NCBI GenBank assembly: GCA_001244265.2
Contig: CDLV01000014.1
Span: forward strand, 868,001 to 932,000
Length of the DNA stretch: 64,000 nucleotides
Source: Microbotryum violaceum
Lineage: Eukaryota
Direction of reading: 5' to 3'
Shown here: one piece after another, positions 12,122 to 23,901 of the stretch
Position numbering within the stretch: the stretch's first letter is position 1
Layout of the letters: each line of letters begins with the position of its first letter
Position numbers and translations under genes: made by a program
The notes under the pieces: model-generated
Database searches by the model: none
What the model saw: only the letters and a program-made list of their open reading frames with translations
What the model was told of the DNA's origin: nothing

Positions 12122-15100
12122 TTAATTGAGCTTGACGCAATCTGCAACAAGTACGATAGTATCCAAGTGAGCTGTGAACGGCAGCAAACCGGTCGAAAGG
12201 GAACGTTCGAGCAAAGCTTGCAAATGCTTACAGTCGGCGTTAATTTTGGATTGATCCGGGTTCAGAGCCCAGAGCGGCATGTTGACGGCTGCGCCGGCAC
12301 CTCCCTGGACCGCAAAGGTGGCTGTGGAGAAAGAAAGGATGGAGATGAGATTGCGACCTTATGCGGCCTCGGAGCAACGATGAATCGTTCTTTTCAGGGG
12401 CCAGAACACTCACCCACGAAGACCATCAACTCTGTTGGCCAACGCGCAGGGTGTTGGGGGAGTACATGGTTAGCAGTGACCGTCGGCTGCTCATCGCGAC
12501 AACTCACGAGTTCCACCTGGTTCCCAAGGCAAGCGGACGACTTCGTCAGTTGTGACGGACTGAAAAATGCAAGGTATAATATCACCAGTGACGTACCGTC
12601 TAGTGCTGCGCTCAAGAGGTAATTGTACTTGCGGAACCAAGTGGGCTTGTACCTGCGGCTGTCGGACGAATTCCGGGATTTAGTGAGCAGCGTAATTAGG
12701 AGCTTAGATTTGTGGTGTGTAACTCGGAGGTGGGACGTACAGGTAGTATTGAGAGAACATGGCGAGAGAGAAGGTGGTGAAAATTGAACTGTTGATTCCG
12801 ACAGAGAGGTTGCCGATGCACCAGGCCCACTGCAAAGTTGCCATTCCGTCGGAGAGCGTTAGCACTCTCAGGAGGCATAGCGGTCTACGAGTCACTCGGT
12901 ACTGACGACGGGGCTGACAAACTTGTCAAAGTGCAAACGAGGGAAGAACTTGTGGAGGAAGTAGAAGGGGATTGGAACGAAAAGTCCGATGATGATTCTG
13001 GTGACATAGAAAAGTCCCAGGTCGTTCAAACACCGGTTGTGCTACGCACCGCATGCGAGTCCGGACTCACGACATGGGAATCAAGAAGTAGGGCCGATCG
13101 CTAGAGTACATCTGCTTGCCTGTGGTGTTGAGACAATGATGCGTGCGCCACATGTCAGATAAACTCGCCCCAGCAGGATGCAGTTTTGTCTAGGGCCCTC
13201 ACTCAGAGCGCCCCCTGTGAGGCAGAGATGAATTCTGGCGAATCAGCTTTAACTCCTTTTCCCCAACGGGAACGCCAACGGCTCACAGGTCACTGCAGCA
13301 CTATTAACACCCTGAACTTGCTGACCGGACCATGCCGAGGTACCTTGAACGGAGAGAAGTATGTCGCGCTGATTGCTAACGATCGTGCTCATGACGACAA
13401 TTTGAAGAATACCTCCGAGGATTGTCCCCGCGAGTTGACAAATGAGCGTGTGTCGAGGAGGGATTTTTGTGTACTGCCCCATCTGTTGACATAGTAGCGA
13501 ATGAGTGGTTGATCCCGGAACGCGAACATTGGTATAGAATGCCCACCTTCAGATCTTGTGAAAGACCAATCGCCTGTGACGTCGTGTTGTCGCCGTACAA
13601 ACTGTCAAGTCGACTCTTCCTTCAGAATTCCTCCAGCGCGCGTTAACGACGTTTCAAGACGCACGTGAAGTAAAGATTGGCTCGACTATTGCCAGGCACC
13701 AATGCAGCTGTCGGAGGGCTCAAAGTAAAGTCAGCTGAGGCGAGGCACACGTCGTGTGGCTTCGGAGGCGGCTTACCTCCAAGCATTTGACTCAGTTGGG
13801 CGGTGTCTGGTAAGTTTTTGACAAGTGCAATCAGCATGACGCTGCAGATACATACGCGTCCCCACATCAACGCTCACCAATTTTGAAGCCCACAATACCG
13901 TACATCAACGCTTTGATGGGGTACATGATCATTGCCGTCAAAAGTGTCACTAGAAGAGCCCACCAGGGTAATTGAGAATGTGCCGACTGCAAGGAACACG
14001 ACTGAGAGTCTAGGTTATCGAGCCCTTTGAACCGTCGAGAGCGTCGACGGATTAGCCCGTGCTGAGGACTGAATCACTCACGTAAGTTGTGGCAAGCGCC
14101 ATAGAAAGAGAGCCGGCCATGATTGCGAGGTACCATGACAACTGCAGTGTGGTACGTCACATGGGTGAGATTTCGCAACTCCTACCGGACGTGCGCAAAC
14201 AAGAACTCACAGGAACTTCAGGGTAAACGAGCCTGGAGCGAAGAAGTCCCCACGTCAGTCAGATTCCTCCCCCCAATACGAAGGACGTGGACGCAATACA
14301 GCAATCGGCGTGCGCACATCTTCTCGTGGTGAGGGTCGTATTCTGTGCGGGTTTTATCTGCAGCGCCAATCCGCGTGAGGAAGATGTTGAAGGACGTCAG
14401 AGAAAAGTGTGTAGAACGCTTCGGACACGTACTCACACTGGGCCCAAGCCTTTCGGATCTGAGGTCTAAACCAAAGGACGATGTGGGTAATGGAGCATCC
14501 GATCGCGAGGTTGCAGCCGAGATAGTAAATCGCCGTCGTCGTCGAATACCACGGCAATCCTTGGATGGCGAGGGCCGTCTTGTTGAGCTGGAACTTGTCG
14601 TCTAAGATCAAAGATTGGTCGTACTGAGTACCGTTGAGGTAGAACAGGTCTTGGGCGAGGAAGGGGAAATTTTGAGCGTGCCAGACGTTCTTGGCGTAGC
14701 ATGCGAGCGAAACAACGATGCACGTCAGGAACCCAATATACAAGCTAACGAGTGTCGAAAGGGGCGAGAACAGAGCTCCCAAGGATCCACCTCCGGATCC
14801 CACGAAGCTAGGGTACATCAAGTAGAGCAAAGAAACACATTATCAGCTAGATCCAACGAGAGATTCGAACGGTGTCTCGACACCCACTTCCAGTCGAGCG
14901 AAACCGAGAACACGCCCATTCCTTCGTTTGGCGAAGCACCACCAAAGATCCTAGTGACCCAGGGCGAGTGCTGGTGTGCTAAGCTGTGGTATGCAAATAG
15001 AAGGAACAAATCAGTACTCAGGGGAGCTCGGGGCACGTGCCAAGGCGCCATTCGGCAAGGTGCGCACCAAAAGACAGAGATCCCGATCAAGCTCGGCGCA

Positions 15101-16389
15101 ACGTATTCGGGGATCCATTCCCAGATAAAGATGCCAATCGCGATGCACCAGAAGAAGCGCCATCTTTTCTTGGCCACAGCACTATCAGGATCACGGCCGA
15201 GTGCATCATAGAGGGAGACTGCGGGGAGGATCGTCGGATACAACGCGTAACACGGGTAGACGCAGAGACTTCGAGAGAGGCCCGCAAGCGAGTAGCCGAA
15301 GCATTGCGAGGCGATGAGACTAAAGATGGCGATCCCGTTGTTGAGATTGAGACCGTAGTAGAGCACTTCGACGGCGAAAACACCCACAGATCCGGCGCTG
15401 TGAAGGGAGGTTGAGCTCATAATACCTGTGCACGAAAGGTGATAGGGGCCGGTCAGTACCTGCGATCAGCTAAAAAACTTCGACGTACCAATTGCCACAT
15501 GTTCCTTGATGTTGAAGTCACAAGGGTTGACAAAGGCCCAAAATCTGCTTTTGTCGGCCTTGGGGAGCACGCGATACCACAGTTTGCCCAAGAGGTAGGA
15601 GATAATCTGGACTGCGATCATAATAGGCCCAGCGTGAGCGAGCGGCCGAAAGTGAAGGTGTGGTACATTTTCCTAGTGCCTTACCGAAAAGCTGGCTGAC
15701 GTAGACAGTCTGTAGCGAATTTATAGTAAATTAGCTGAACATCCGACTACCTGAAAGACTTTTCTGTTGACCAGAGCTCACCTGAGGACGGAAGTAGAAG
15801 ATCTGCGCCAGCGTCGCAGCGAAACACGTCAAGCCGAGGCCGATGACCCACATCCGCAACGTCATGACCAGCATGGTCGGGTCGTCCTCGAGTGAGATGC
15901 ACCTGTGACAGAGCAATCGAAGAATTGAGAAAATAAATATTTGGATCACATCGAGTAGATACATAGACCACGAAGTGACCTGTACGCAATGTCTTCGGTC
16001 GTTTCGAGAGGGCGCTAACAGGTGAAAAGTCAGGGGGGAGGACCCGCCACGGGTTGTGAAAGAGGGGATCAGTTCCGGCCAGTTCCGGCCGCGGCCGCGG
16101 CCACGGTGTAAATGAAACCCGGCACATAGAGCAGGGCCCTTCTAGACAGACCACTTACCTCTTTACCATTGGGCAGCAAGCTATCCGGCTCGAGCTCACT
16201 GACATCCGCGTTCCCACCTTTGACGTTGACGGCAATGGTTTTCGCCGGCGAGGGCTCGAGCGTCGCCGTTTTCTCGTCCACGTTGCCTTCACCGCTGTTA
16301 TCTTTCTCGGTCGAGTCCTCATCAGTGTCGATCTGCGGCTTTGTCGGTGCGGGATTACGCTGAAGTCGCGCTCGAAGCTGGCTGAACAT
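12122..16389 (-). CDS. OPT-family oligopeptide transporter (many introns)
   Basis: EDDPTMLVMTLRMWVIGLG, YEWIPEY-like (IWEWIPEYVAPSL), LSQDLK.GQYTKIPPRHTLICQLAG, WFRKYNYLLSAALDG and FAVQGGAG..MPLWALNP..ADYC. ATG 16389; stop TAA at 12124-12122. Confidence 0.9.
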
Positions 16390-17501
16390 CCTGGATCGTA
16401 AATGTTGTGATCCCACGCCAGAAAAGCCAAGAAGACAAGCTGTGGGACCGGAGTCGGCCGGGAACCAGGATCGAGGCTGATCGGTCGACGAGGCGGAGAG
16501 GAGGCACAGTTGCACTCACCGCGCCGTGCGCTCGCATGATCGCATCGCATCCAAACCGACGAGGCGCCCGTCGCGGACATTGACACACGCGTTGACCTCG
16601 ACTAATCGACGCCGAACCCGAGAAGATCCGGTCTGGCCGGCTCGTCACAATTCACCGCGGCTGAGGTTACCGGGACGGTGCCCTGCGAACTGCATACCAA
16701 CCGCTAGTAACGACCTCGAGGCCCGAAGGAAACCGTGTGACCTCGGGGCGACTTGGCGGGACGGATCGGATACGGACCAGTGAATGCTGGCTCTGGATCC
16801 CCGAAGGACCACATGGTGGCCGATATATCTGGTGTGATGTGATGTCGTCCATTTTATATGCCAAGAGACCAGATAAATAAAACAGTTGCGTATCATATGA
16901 AACCGCCCCGCCAAGTATGGCGGGTGGTGCCCCCACCCAGCCCTAAGACAGTAAGACAGTTACAGTTAAAGACAGTAAGACAATTACAGTCACAGCTAGG
17001 TTTCAGGGGGTTCCGAGGACATTGCCTATTCTCCTGCCCTCGATCCGCTCAGGCTTCCGGCGGCTCGTTCCCCCTCCGAGTCTCGCCATCCTCCTTCAAT
17101 TGCTTTCCTACTCGTTCAATCACCTCATCGACGTTCAAACAGCAGGATACGCACCGTTCCGAACACCGGCACGCAAACTGCAAGAGGCCCCGATGGCAAT
17201 GAACGGCGGCGGCTTCATCATGCAAGAGGATGCGGCGAGCGCTTCCATGCTGGGTATTACCCAGGAATTGCCGACCGAGATTGCAGGCGTCAGAGATCTT
17301 CAATTCTTCAAGCAAGAAGATGCGACTTACTTTGCCAAGGTAAGCTTCACACCGAAATTCGTGCCAGCAAACGGCCTGCTTATTCTGCTGCTCGTGTTCC
17401 ACAGATATTGGGTGACCAGGATGAGAGCGAACTCTCGATCGAGGAGCTCAAGGAGCGCAAGATAATGCGCTTGTTCACCACCTCAACTGAGGGCGACACG
17501 C

Positions 17502-18922
17502 ATGAACAACCACAACAACAACGACACCAGCAATGCCACCCCCGGTGCTATAGCACCTAATCGCCCTCCCGACCCCACCGGCGTCACCGTCACCGCCCAA
17601 ACCAAGTCGTACTCCGCGGCCGTCTCCGCCCGTTCCCATGCGAAGACCAACGCCACCCCCGCCACCGCCACGACTGTTGCCTCCCACCCGATGATTCACA
17701 ACATCGCCAACTGTGTAATCATCAAAACCCCTCCCGCGACCACCTCCGAGAAAGTGCTCTCAGCACTCGATCACCACTACCCGGCCCTTGCAGGCGCCAT
17801 GCCCTGCGTCATCAAGGGACAACACGGCATCCGATTCCCTAAGGACGCCGACATCGCCGACCTGGTCGCGAATGGTCTGACCGTTGGAAAGACCTTGTGC
17901 CAAGTCGAGAAACTATTCTCAGCCACTACTGGTCTATTTCAATGCACCCTTTCTGGCTTCTTCTCCGATGTAGAGGGCCTCCGCCTCTTTGATGAGCAGA
18001 TTGCCGAGTACGGCAAGGTCCTCCTTCGCCGCACTCATTACATTGGCAAGACTAGGCACATCTCTGGGGTGTATGACTTTGTTCTTGCCCTCGGGGACCC
18101 AAACAAATTGCCTCCTGCATCCATCTCCATTGAACGCGACGGCGTGACCGAGCGTATCCCGCTCAGGATCACCGGTGGCATGCGCCACTGTGTTTTCTGC
18201 CGTTCCGCGGCCCATGTCCGTAAGGACTGCCCCGTCGCCCCGGCGTGCAAGTCGTGCGCAAGCACCTCGCACGCCAGCCAGCATTGCCCGGGCCGCCGCT
18301 TCGCGTCGAGACCCCAGGGCACTCCCGAGTCACGTGCCGCGCAAGCCTCCACCATGACCAAAGCCCCCCGGCCTCCAAGTCGATCCCTGCGCCACCCGCG
18401 CCCGACCGCTCGTTGAAGACCAAAAAACGTCGAGTGAACCCAGACCAGGACCTGGCTGCCCAGCCCCAAGATCCATCTAACAGGGCTCAGCCTGAACCCC
18501 TGTCGGAGACTCCTCGCCCCGGTTTCTCCTTCAATTTCCCTCCCAACTCCGCCCCCCTGCCCGCCTCCAACCAGTCAACTGCCCCTCCCCTCGTTGAAAA
18601 ATCCTCCGAGTCCCCCAGCTCGGAGACGACCCCTTCGCCCCCAAGCCCTGCTCCGGCCACACCAACGCCAAAGACGATCATCACTCGTTCCCAGTCAATT
18701 GCTGCCCTCTCCACACCAGCCACTCGTGAAGACCCGCCCACTCCGCCTGCCCCCGAAGCCTCCGAGCCGAACCCCCGGCCCTCCTCGCCGTTGCCCTCAG
18801 CGATCAAAGCCCGACCCGATGCCACCGACGCCGACGAAGATGCCGAAGAAGAAGGCAAAGACCAAGAAGCACCCCCCGAGGACGTGGACGACGTTATGGA
18901 GCAAGACGATGAGCACAATTAA
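17502..18922 (+). CDS. LINE ORF1 (gag-like, two CCHC zinc knuckles, Pro-rich tail)
   Basis: CVFCRSAAHVRKDC and CKSCASTSHASQHC. One frame slip at the C6 run 18364-18369 joins ORFs 17502.. and ..18922. Confidence 0.8.
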
Positions 18923-21900
18923 GATCCCAAACGTGTCTTTTGTTGCTGCCAACGTGCAGTCAATCAATGAAGATCGTAAGCGTGCCTCTCTTTTCTCCAA
19001 TCTCCGCTCCCATAACGCCGATGTCTTTCTCCTGAGCGAAACGGGCCGACCTTCCCCGGAAAGGGTTGCCCAGTGGACTCAGGAGTGCCAAGACTTAAAG
19101 CTCTCCGCTCTTTTCACTCCTCTCAACAACACCGCTATACTCTGGAAGAGCGACTCCGTGGTCATCACTATTGATCCCGAGTCACCTCCCAACACTCTTC
19201 GTGCCTCTTTCGCTTTCCCCGACCGAGTCACCGACGCCACCTTTCGCGTGGGAGACTCAAAAATCCGGGTTGTATCAATATACGCGCCTTCCTCCGACAA
19301 GCCAGACAAAAAGCGTTTCCTCTCACATCTCAGCACAGCCCTCCGACAAGTCGTGCGCGACGAGCCCTCGCCGCCTGCGCTCTTAGTCGGGGGGACTGGA
19401 ATTGTGTTGAGTCCCAACCCCTCGATTCGGAGAACCAAAACGGGACGAATTATGGGGGCCAGGAGATGCGCGACCTTGCCACGGCCAACAACCTCTTTGA
19501 TGTCTATCGGCTTCACCATCCCAAAGGACGAGCCACGACGAATCGCTCAGCGCCCGGCACGTGCCGTCGCCTTGACCGCATCTATGTCTCGCCTGATTGG
19601 GTCGACCTCTTCCACGACCACAAAATCTGGGCTCCTGTCCTCAAATCGACGCACTCGATGGTGGCGGCGCGGTTCCAAGTGCCGGGCGCAATCGACATCG
19701 GTCCGGGTAAATTCAAGTTGGGTTTGCACGTGATCGAGGGCGACGCGACCTGCGAATACCTCACTTCCACTGTCCAGGCCCTCTACAATGAAGCCCTCCT
19801 CCAGACGCCCGACGACCCATCAGCAGCTTGGACGTCCACCAAACAACACTTGCTGCCCGAGCTTCAGGCTCTGGCTCGCACACTTGCCCGCTTCCGACGT
19901 GGAGGATCGGAGGAGGCGAAGGCAGATCACTCGCGCTACGGCGCGGCGCTGCGGTCCCGCATTGATCCTTCCCTCGCGGGCCCATCTTCCATCTTCATCC
20001 GCCTACGCAAAGTGCGCGCATCCGACCTCATCCCTTCCCTCTCGGTCGACAATGTCGTCCACTCCGACCCCGACTCGATGCTTGGAGCCGCTAGCAAGTA
20101 CTTCGAAGGGGTCTACGAGGATCGCGCTATCGATGACGCCGCCTTGGAGAAGATTATCGACGGTCTCGCCTCGACTCGCCTATCCCCTGCCGATTCGGAC
20201 AAGCTCGAAGGAGCGTACCCCCTAGAGGAGATAACAAAGGCACAAGAGGCGTGTAAGTCGAACTCCTCGCCTGGACCCGACGGTCTCCCGGTCGAGTTTT
20301 ACCGCGCAACGTGGACAGCCACAGGCCCCATCCTCCGCGACGTCATCAACTCGATCCCCACCGACGACGCCAGTTCTCGAACGTCGGCCCGCCACACTGC
20401 CCACATCCACCTCATCCACAAGCGCGGCGAGAGGGATCGGCTGGTGAACAAACGCCCCATATCACTCATCAACGCTGATGAACGCATCATCTCCCAAGCC
20501 CACAACCAGCGCCTTGCCCCTCTGCTCGAGACCCTGATCGGCTCGACCCAGCGCGGTTTCGTTCCGAACCGCTGGATTGGCACGAACATCGCCGAGGTGC
20601 AGTGTCTCATGGATCCTGGGCTCCCGGGTTCAGAGCCGGTGTCCGGTCTGCTCGCAGTGATGGACTTCGAGAAGGCTTACGACCGTCTTTCCCACACCTA
20701 CATCGATGCAGTCCTCAGCGCCGTTGGCCTTGGCCCGAAAGCCTGCCAATGGTACCGAGCGACCTATACAAACCAATCCGCCTCAATCTACCTCAACGGA
20801 TGGCTCTCGGCCGCGTTCGATATCCTCTCGGGAGTTCGACAAGGCGACCCGCTGGCTCCGTCGCTCTTCGTTCTCGCAATTGAGGGCTTCGCCGTACAGT
20901 TGCGGTCACAAGTCAAGGGCATCGCGAGCCCGGGACTCCCAACCATACGAGAACTTCTCTTTGCCGACGATGCCTGCTGTGCTCTCCACGACACCTCGGA
21001 CCTCGACCACCTCAATCGGGCGATCGAGCTGTACGAGCGGGCAAGTGCCAGCAAGCTCAGCAACGCCAAATCTTTCCTCTACCCCTCGGGTCATTCAGGG
21101 ACCGTCCGATCCCTTCACACCTCGGGTCCTGGCGTCTCAGCGACTCGCAGTTTCGTTACCTGGGAGTGCAGGTTGGGGTGGACATCGCCGAGGATGCGGG
21201 CTGGGAGGAGGTCAAGTCCGCGACCGTCGCCCGGATACGATCCATCCCAATGTACGACCTTCCGTACGCAGCGAAATGTTCGATAATCAATATCTACTGC
21301 TACACGAAGATTCTCTACCATAATCGTTTCATCCCAGCTTCCAAGAGCGTCGTCAAGGAGATCGAGGACGCGGTCATGATCGCTATCCACGGTCGAGCCT
21401 CGGACGGATCTCAGAAACCCCGAAGGTCTCTCGGCTGCGCCTCTGCACCCCTCTCGACCACGGCGGCTTTGGCTTGATTGACTTACCTCGGCGCCTCGCG
21501 GTCGATCACGCCAAGTGGGTCTTTCATCTTCGGGACCCGGACGGCTGCTTCATTCGGCACCTCTTCGACATCCGCACTCGCCTTCAGGCGGCGAACGAAC
21601 GCACCCCCTTTACCTTGCCCAAATCAGGCCCCAACCCACATCGTCGCTCGTGGGTCTGGATCTGGTGGGCCTACTTTTGCCACCCTCCTCCACAGTGGGA
21701 ACGCGCAGTGAGGAAGACGAAGGCCCTGCTCCCTCCACGATGGATCCGCTATTTCGAAGCCTGGGATTTGGTGACAACGCTGAACCCCCCGAACTTTCCA
21801 AGAGCCCGAATCTGGAGCGGTGGGCAACACACGTCCTCTACTTCCCAGCAGGCCACGGAATCCGACTCTCGGTGAACCCGACGCTTTTCCGAGGACCCGA

Positions 21901-22476
21901 TGGCGAGGTGATGACTCCGTCTTCGTTTGTGAACGCGTCCAAACGCCACCAAGCCTTCCTCTACCCTCCTATCCTCCCTCTCGGTCATCAGAGGGTTTTC
22001 TGTCTCCCGAGCAACGCTGGAATGCCTGGTGGAAGGCGCTACGCAAGATTCGCAGGGTTCATTCGGACGCCGAAGACACGGCCCACCTCCTCTCCCTAGG
22101 TTCACTTCATCCAGGTAGCCAAATCGCTTCTCCAAATAGCCGTTCTCTCCACAATCGATCTACCGCATGTGTCATGTGCCTGTCGGAGGCTCCGGAGACC
22201 CTGGCACACCTTGCGGTCGGTTGCCCGTTTGCCCGCCGCCTCTGGTCTGCGCTCACTCCTATCCCACACCCCGACTTTGTTCAGTTCGTGTGCCCGGTCG
22301 TTTCTCGCTCGGAACGCCGACCCGTCGAGCTGCGTCTACTCTTCTTCCACGCGATCTGGAAGCTCTCTCGTCGCCGTCGATTTTCGTCGGATCCTCTGGA
22401 GCCGATCGCCGAAACGGCATTTGAGGAGCTCCGCGCGTCCATCCAGGAGTCCAAGGGACGACTGGTTTCGCTGTAA
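18909..22476 (+). CDS. LINE ORF2: APE endonuclease, reverse transcriptase and C-terminal CCHC
   Basis: AANVQSIN, DVFLLSET, SIYAP, GGDWN (restored), RLDRIY, SPGPDGLPVEFY, RPISLIN, QRGFVPNR, DFEKAYD, GVRQGDPLAP, LFADD, GGFGLIDL and CVMC..ETLAHLAVGC. Five single-base slips, all in homopolymers. Confidence 0.9.
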
Positions 22477-23054
22477 CCGCCTAAGGGGGTTTTAGTGGGT
22501 ATGGTTGATTTTGTTCCAAGGTCAACGAGTCCCACACTACTGGCCTCGCCAGTGTGCTTAACTGCATTCCCTCCGTCTTTTCCGAGGATTTTTAGGCATT
22601 AATATAGATATGCTGTTAATGAAATCTATTAGATAAAAAAAAATTGCTCAAGATCAAGAACGGCACACCGCCGATGCGAAAGACGGCATTGCGACAGGCT
22701 TCGGAGTAATAAAAAAATGAGAAAAGGACAAAAATGCACTCGAAAGATAGCGAAAGGACGAAAATGCCCTCGCTTCTTTTCATGAGGACAGAAATGCCCT
22801 CGGATTCTCGACTTCTGTAATACTTGATATATCAGCTCATAAACACGACGGTAGCTTCTTGTAGTCGTTGTGATCAGCGCCGTATACTCAGAATCCCCAG
22901 AGATATCGTGAGAAGCCAGTTATCACGGTCGCAAGCCGAAAGCGAGCGATGAGTATAGACCGCAGTGAATTTCATATGAAACAGGCCAGCATGCCTTCAA
23001 CTTGTAGTAACATTGACAGTCCTGACACCTTATGCTCAAATGCAAATGGTCTAT

Positions 23055-23582
23055 CTATCTATCGCATGTAACTCGGTTGTGTCCGGGGCCTTTGCAGAGA
23101 CCACAGATCGTGTCACGCTTGGACCTCTCGTCCGCACCCTGGATCCTGCGCTTGATCGGACGTCGTGTACGCGTGGAGAGATGTGACGGAATGATAATGA
23201 CACCTTCTTCTTCGCCAGTTGAGTCACGATCGCCCACTTCACCATGACCTCATGACGCTCACGAGGAAGACGATGCAGCTTCCTTGCGGCCCGAGATGGA
23301 ACTGGTTGGAGCGGTGTCGGGTAAGTCTGCTCTTGCTGTCGCCGGTGTGCAGCAGCGATCGGTGACTGTGGGCTTCATTAAAGACAATGATGGGCCAAAC
23401 ACTGCATTCTCCTTTGGAGACAGCAGTGGCAGAGAAGGAGCACGGAGGATATTGGACACTCTTGCTCACGACGCATGTCAGACTTGCGAATTTCGCTGAA
23501 ACTGGTGATCAAGCGCATATTCATGGCCCGCATCTCTGAGCTCCTTCTAGAGACTTCCCCCCTCCCTGAAAGAATGTTCCAT
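23055..23582 (-). pseudogene. MuDR-type transposase remnant: N-terminal DNA-binding domain and C-terminal CCHC knuckle, DDE core missing
   Basis: Across frameshifts it reads KELRDAGHEYALDHQF..RKSD..KSVQYPPCSFSATA..WPIIVFNEAHSH, then KRRIQGADE..ICGLCKGPGHNRVTC. Confidence 0.7.
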
Positions 23583-23901
23583 TGTCGAAAGTCGGTGGTG
23601 ACTTCGATGTCGTGGCGAGAATGCGGAAGGTGGCCAACGTCGATTCGTGAACTCGCGCGCCTCGACGCGTCGACGATCGATGAGGACCCCTGACTTTGCG
23701 ACCGTGATAACTGGCTTCTCACGATATCTCTGGGGGTTCTGAATATACGGCGCTGATCACAACGACTACAAGAAGCTACCGTCGTGGTTATGAGCTGATA
23801 TATCAAGTATTACAGAAGTCGAGAATCCGAGGGCATTTTGGTCCTTTAGAGAAGGGCATTTCTGCCCTCATGAAAAGAAGCGAGGGCATTTTCGTCCTTT
23901 C

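Larger units (their letters stand above)
17476..22643 (+). mobile_element. Near full-length non-LTR retrotransposon (L1/Tx1-like LINE), copy 1
   Basis: Contains ORF1 and ORF2, a 3' UTR and an A9 tail (22635-22643). Both junctions are fixed by the interrupted SF3B1 frame; overlap/TSD is only TT. Confidence 0.93.
17140..22697 (+). pseudogene. SF3B1: Internal fragment of U2 snRNP splicing factor SF3B1/Hsh155 (17140-17475 plus 22644-22697), split by a LINE
   Basis: AGYAPFRTPARKL...LQFFKQEDATYFAK, then intron 17340-17404, then ILGDQDESELSIEELKERKIMRL; after the LINE poly(A) it resumes LLKIKNGTPPMRKTALRQ. Confidence 0.9.

Noticed and set aside
22477-22643. Self-cleaving ribozyme (hammerhead/HDV) in the LINE UTR
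   Set aside because: No CUGANGA/GAAA core or HDV pseudoknot pattern recognised; only hairpins are supported.
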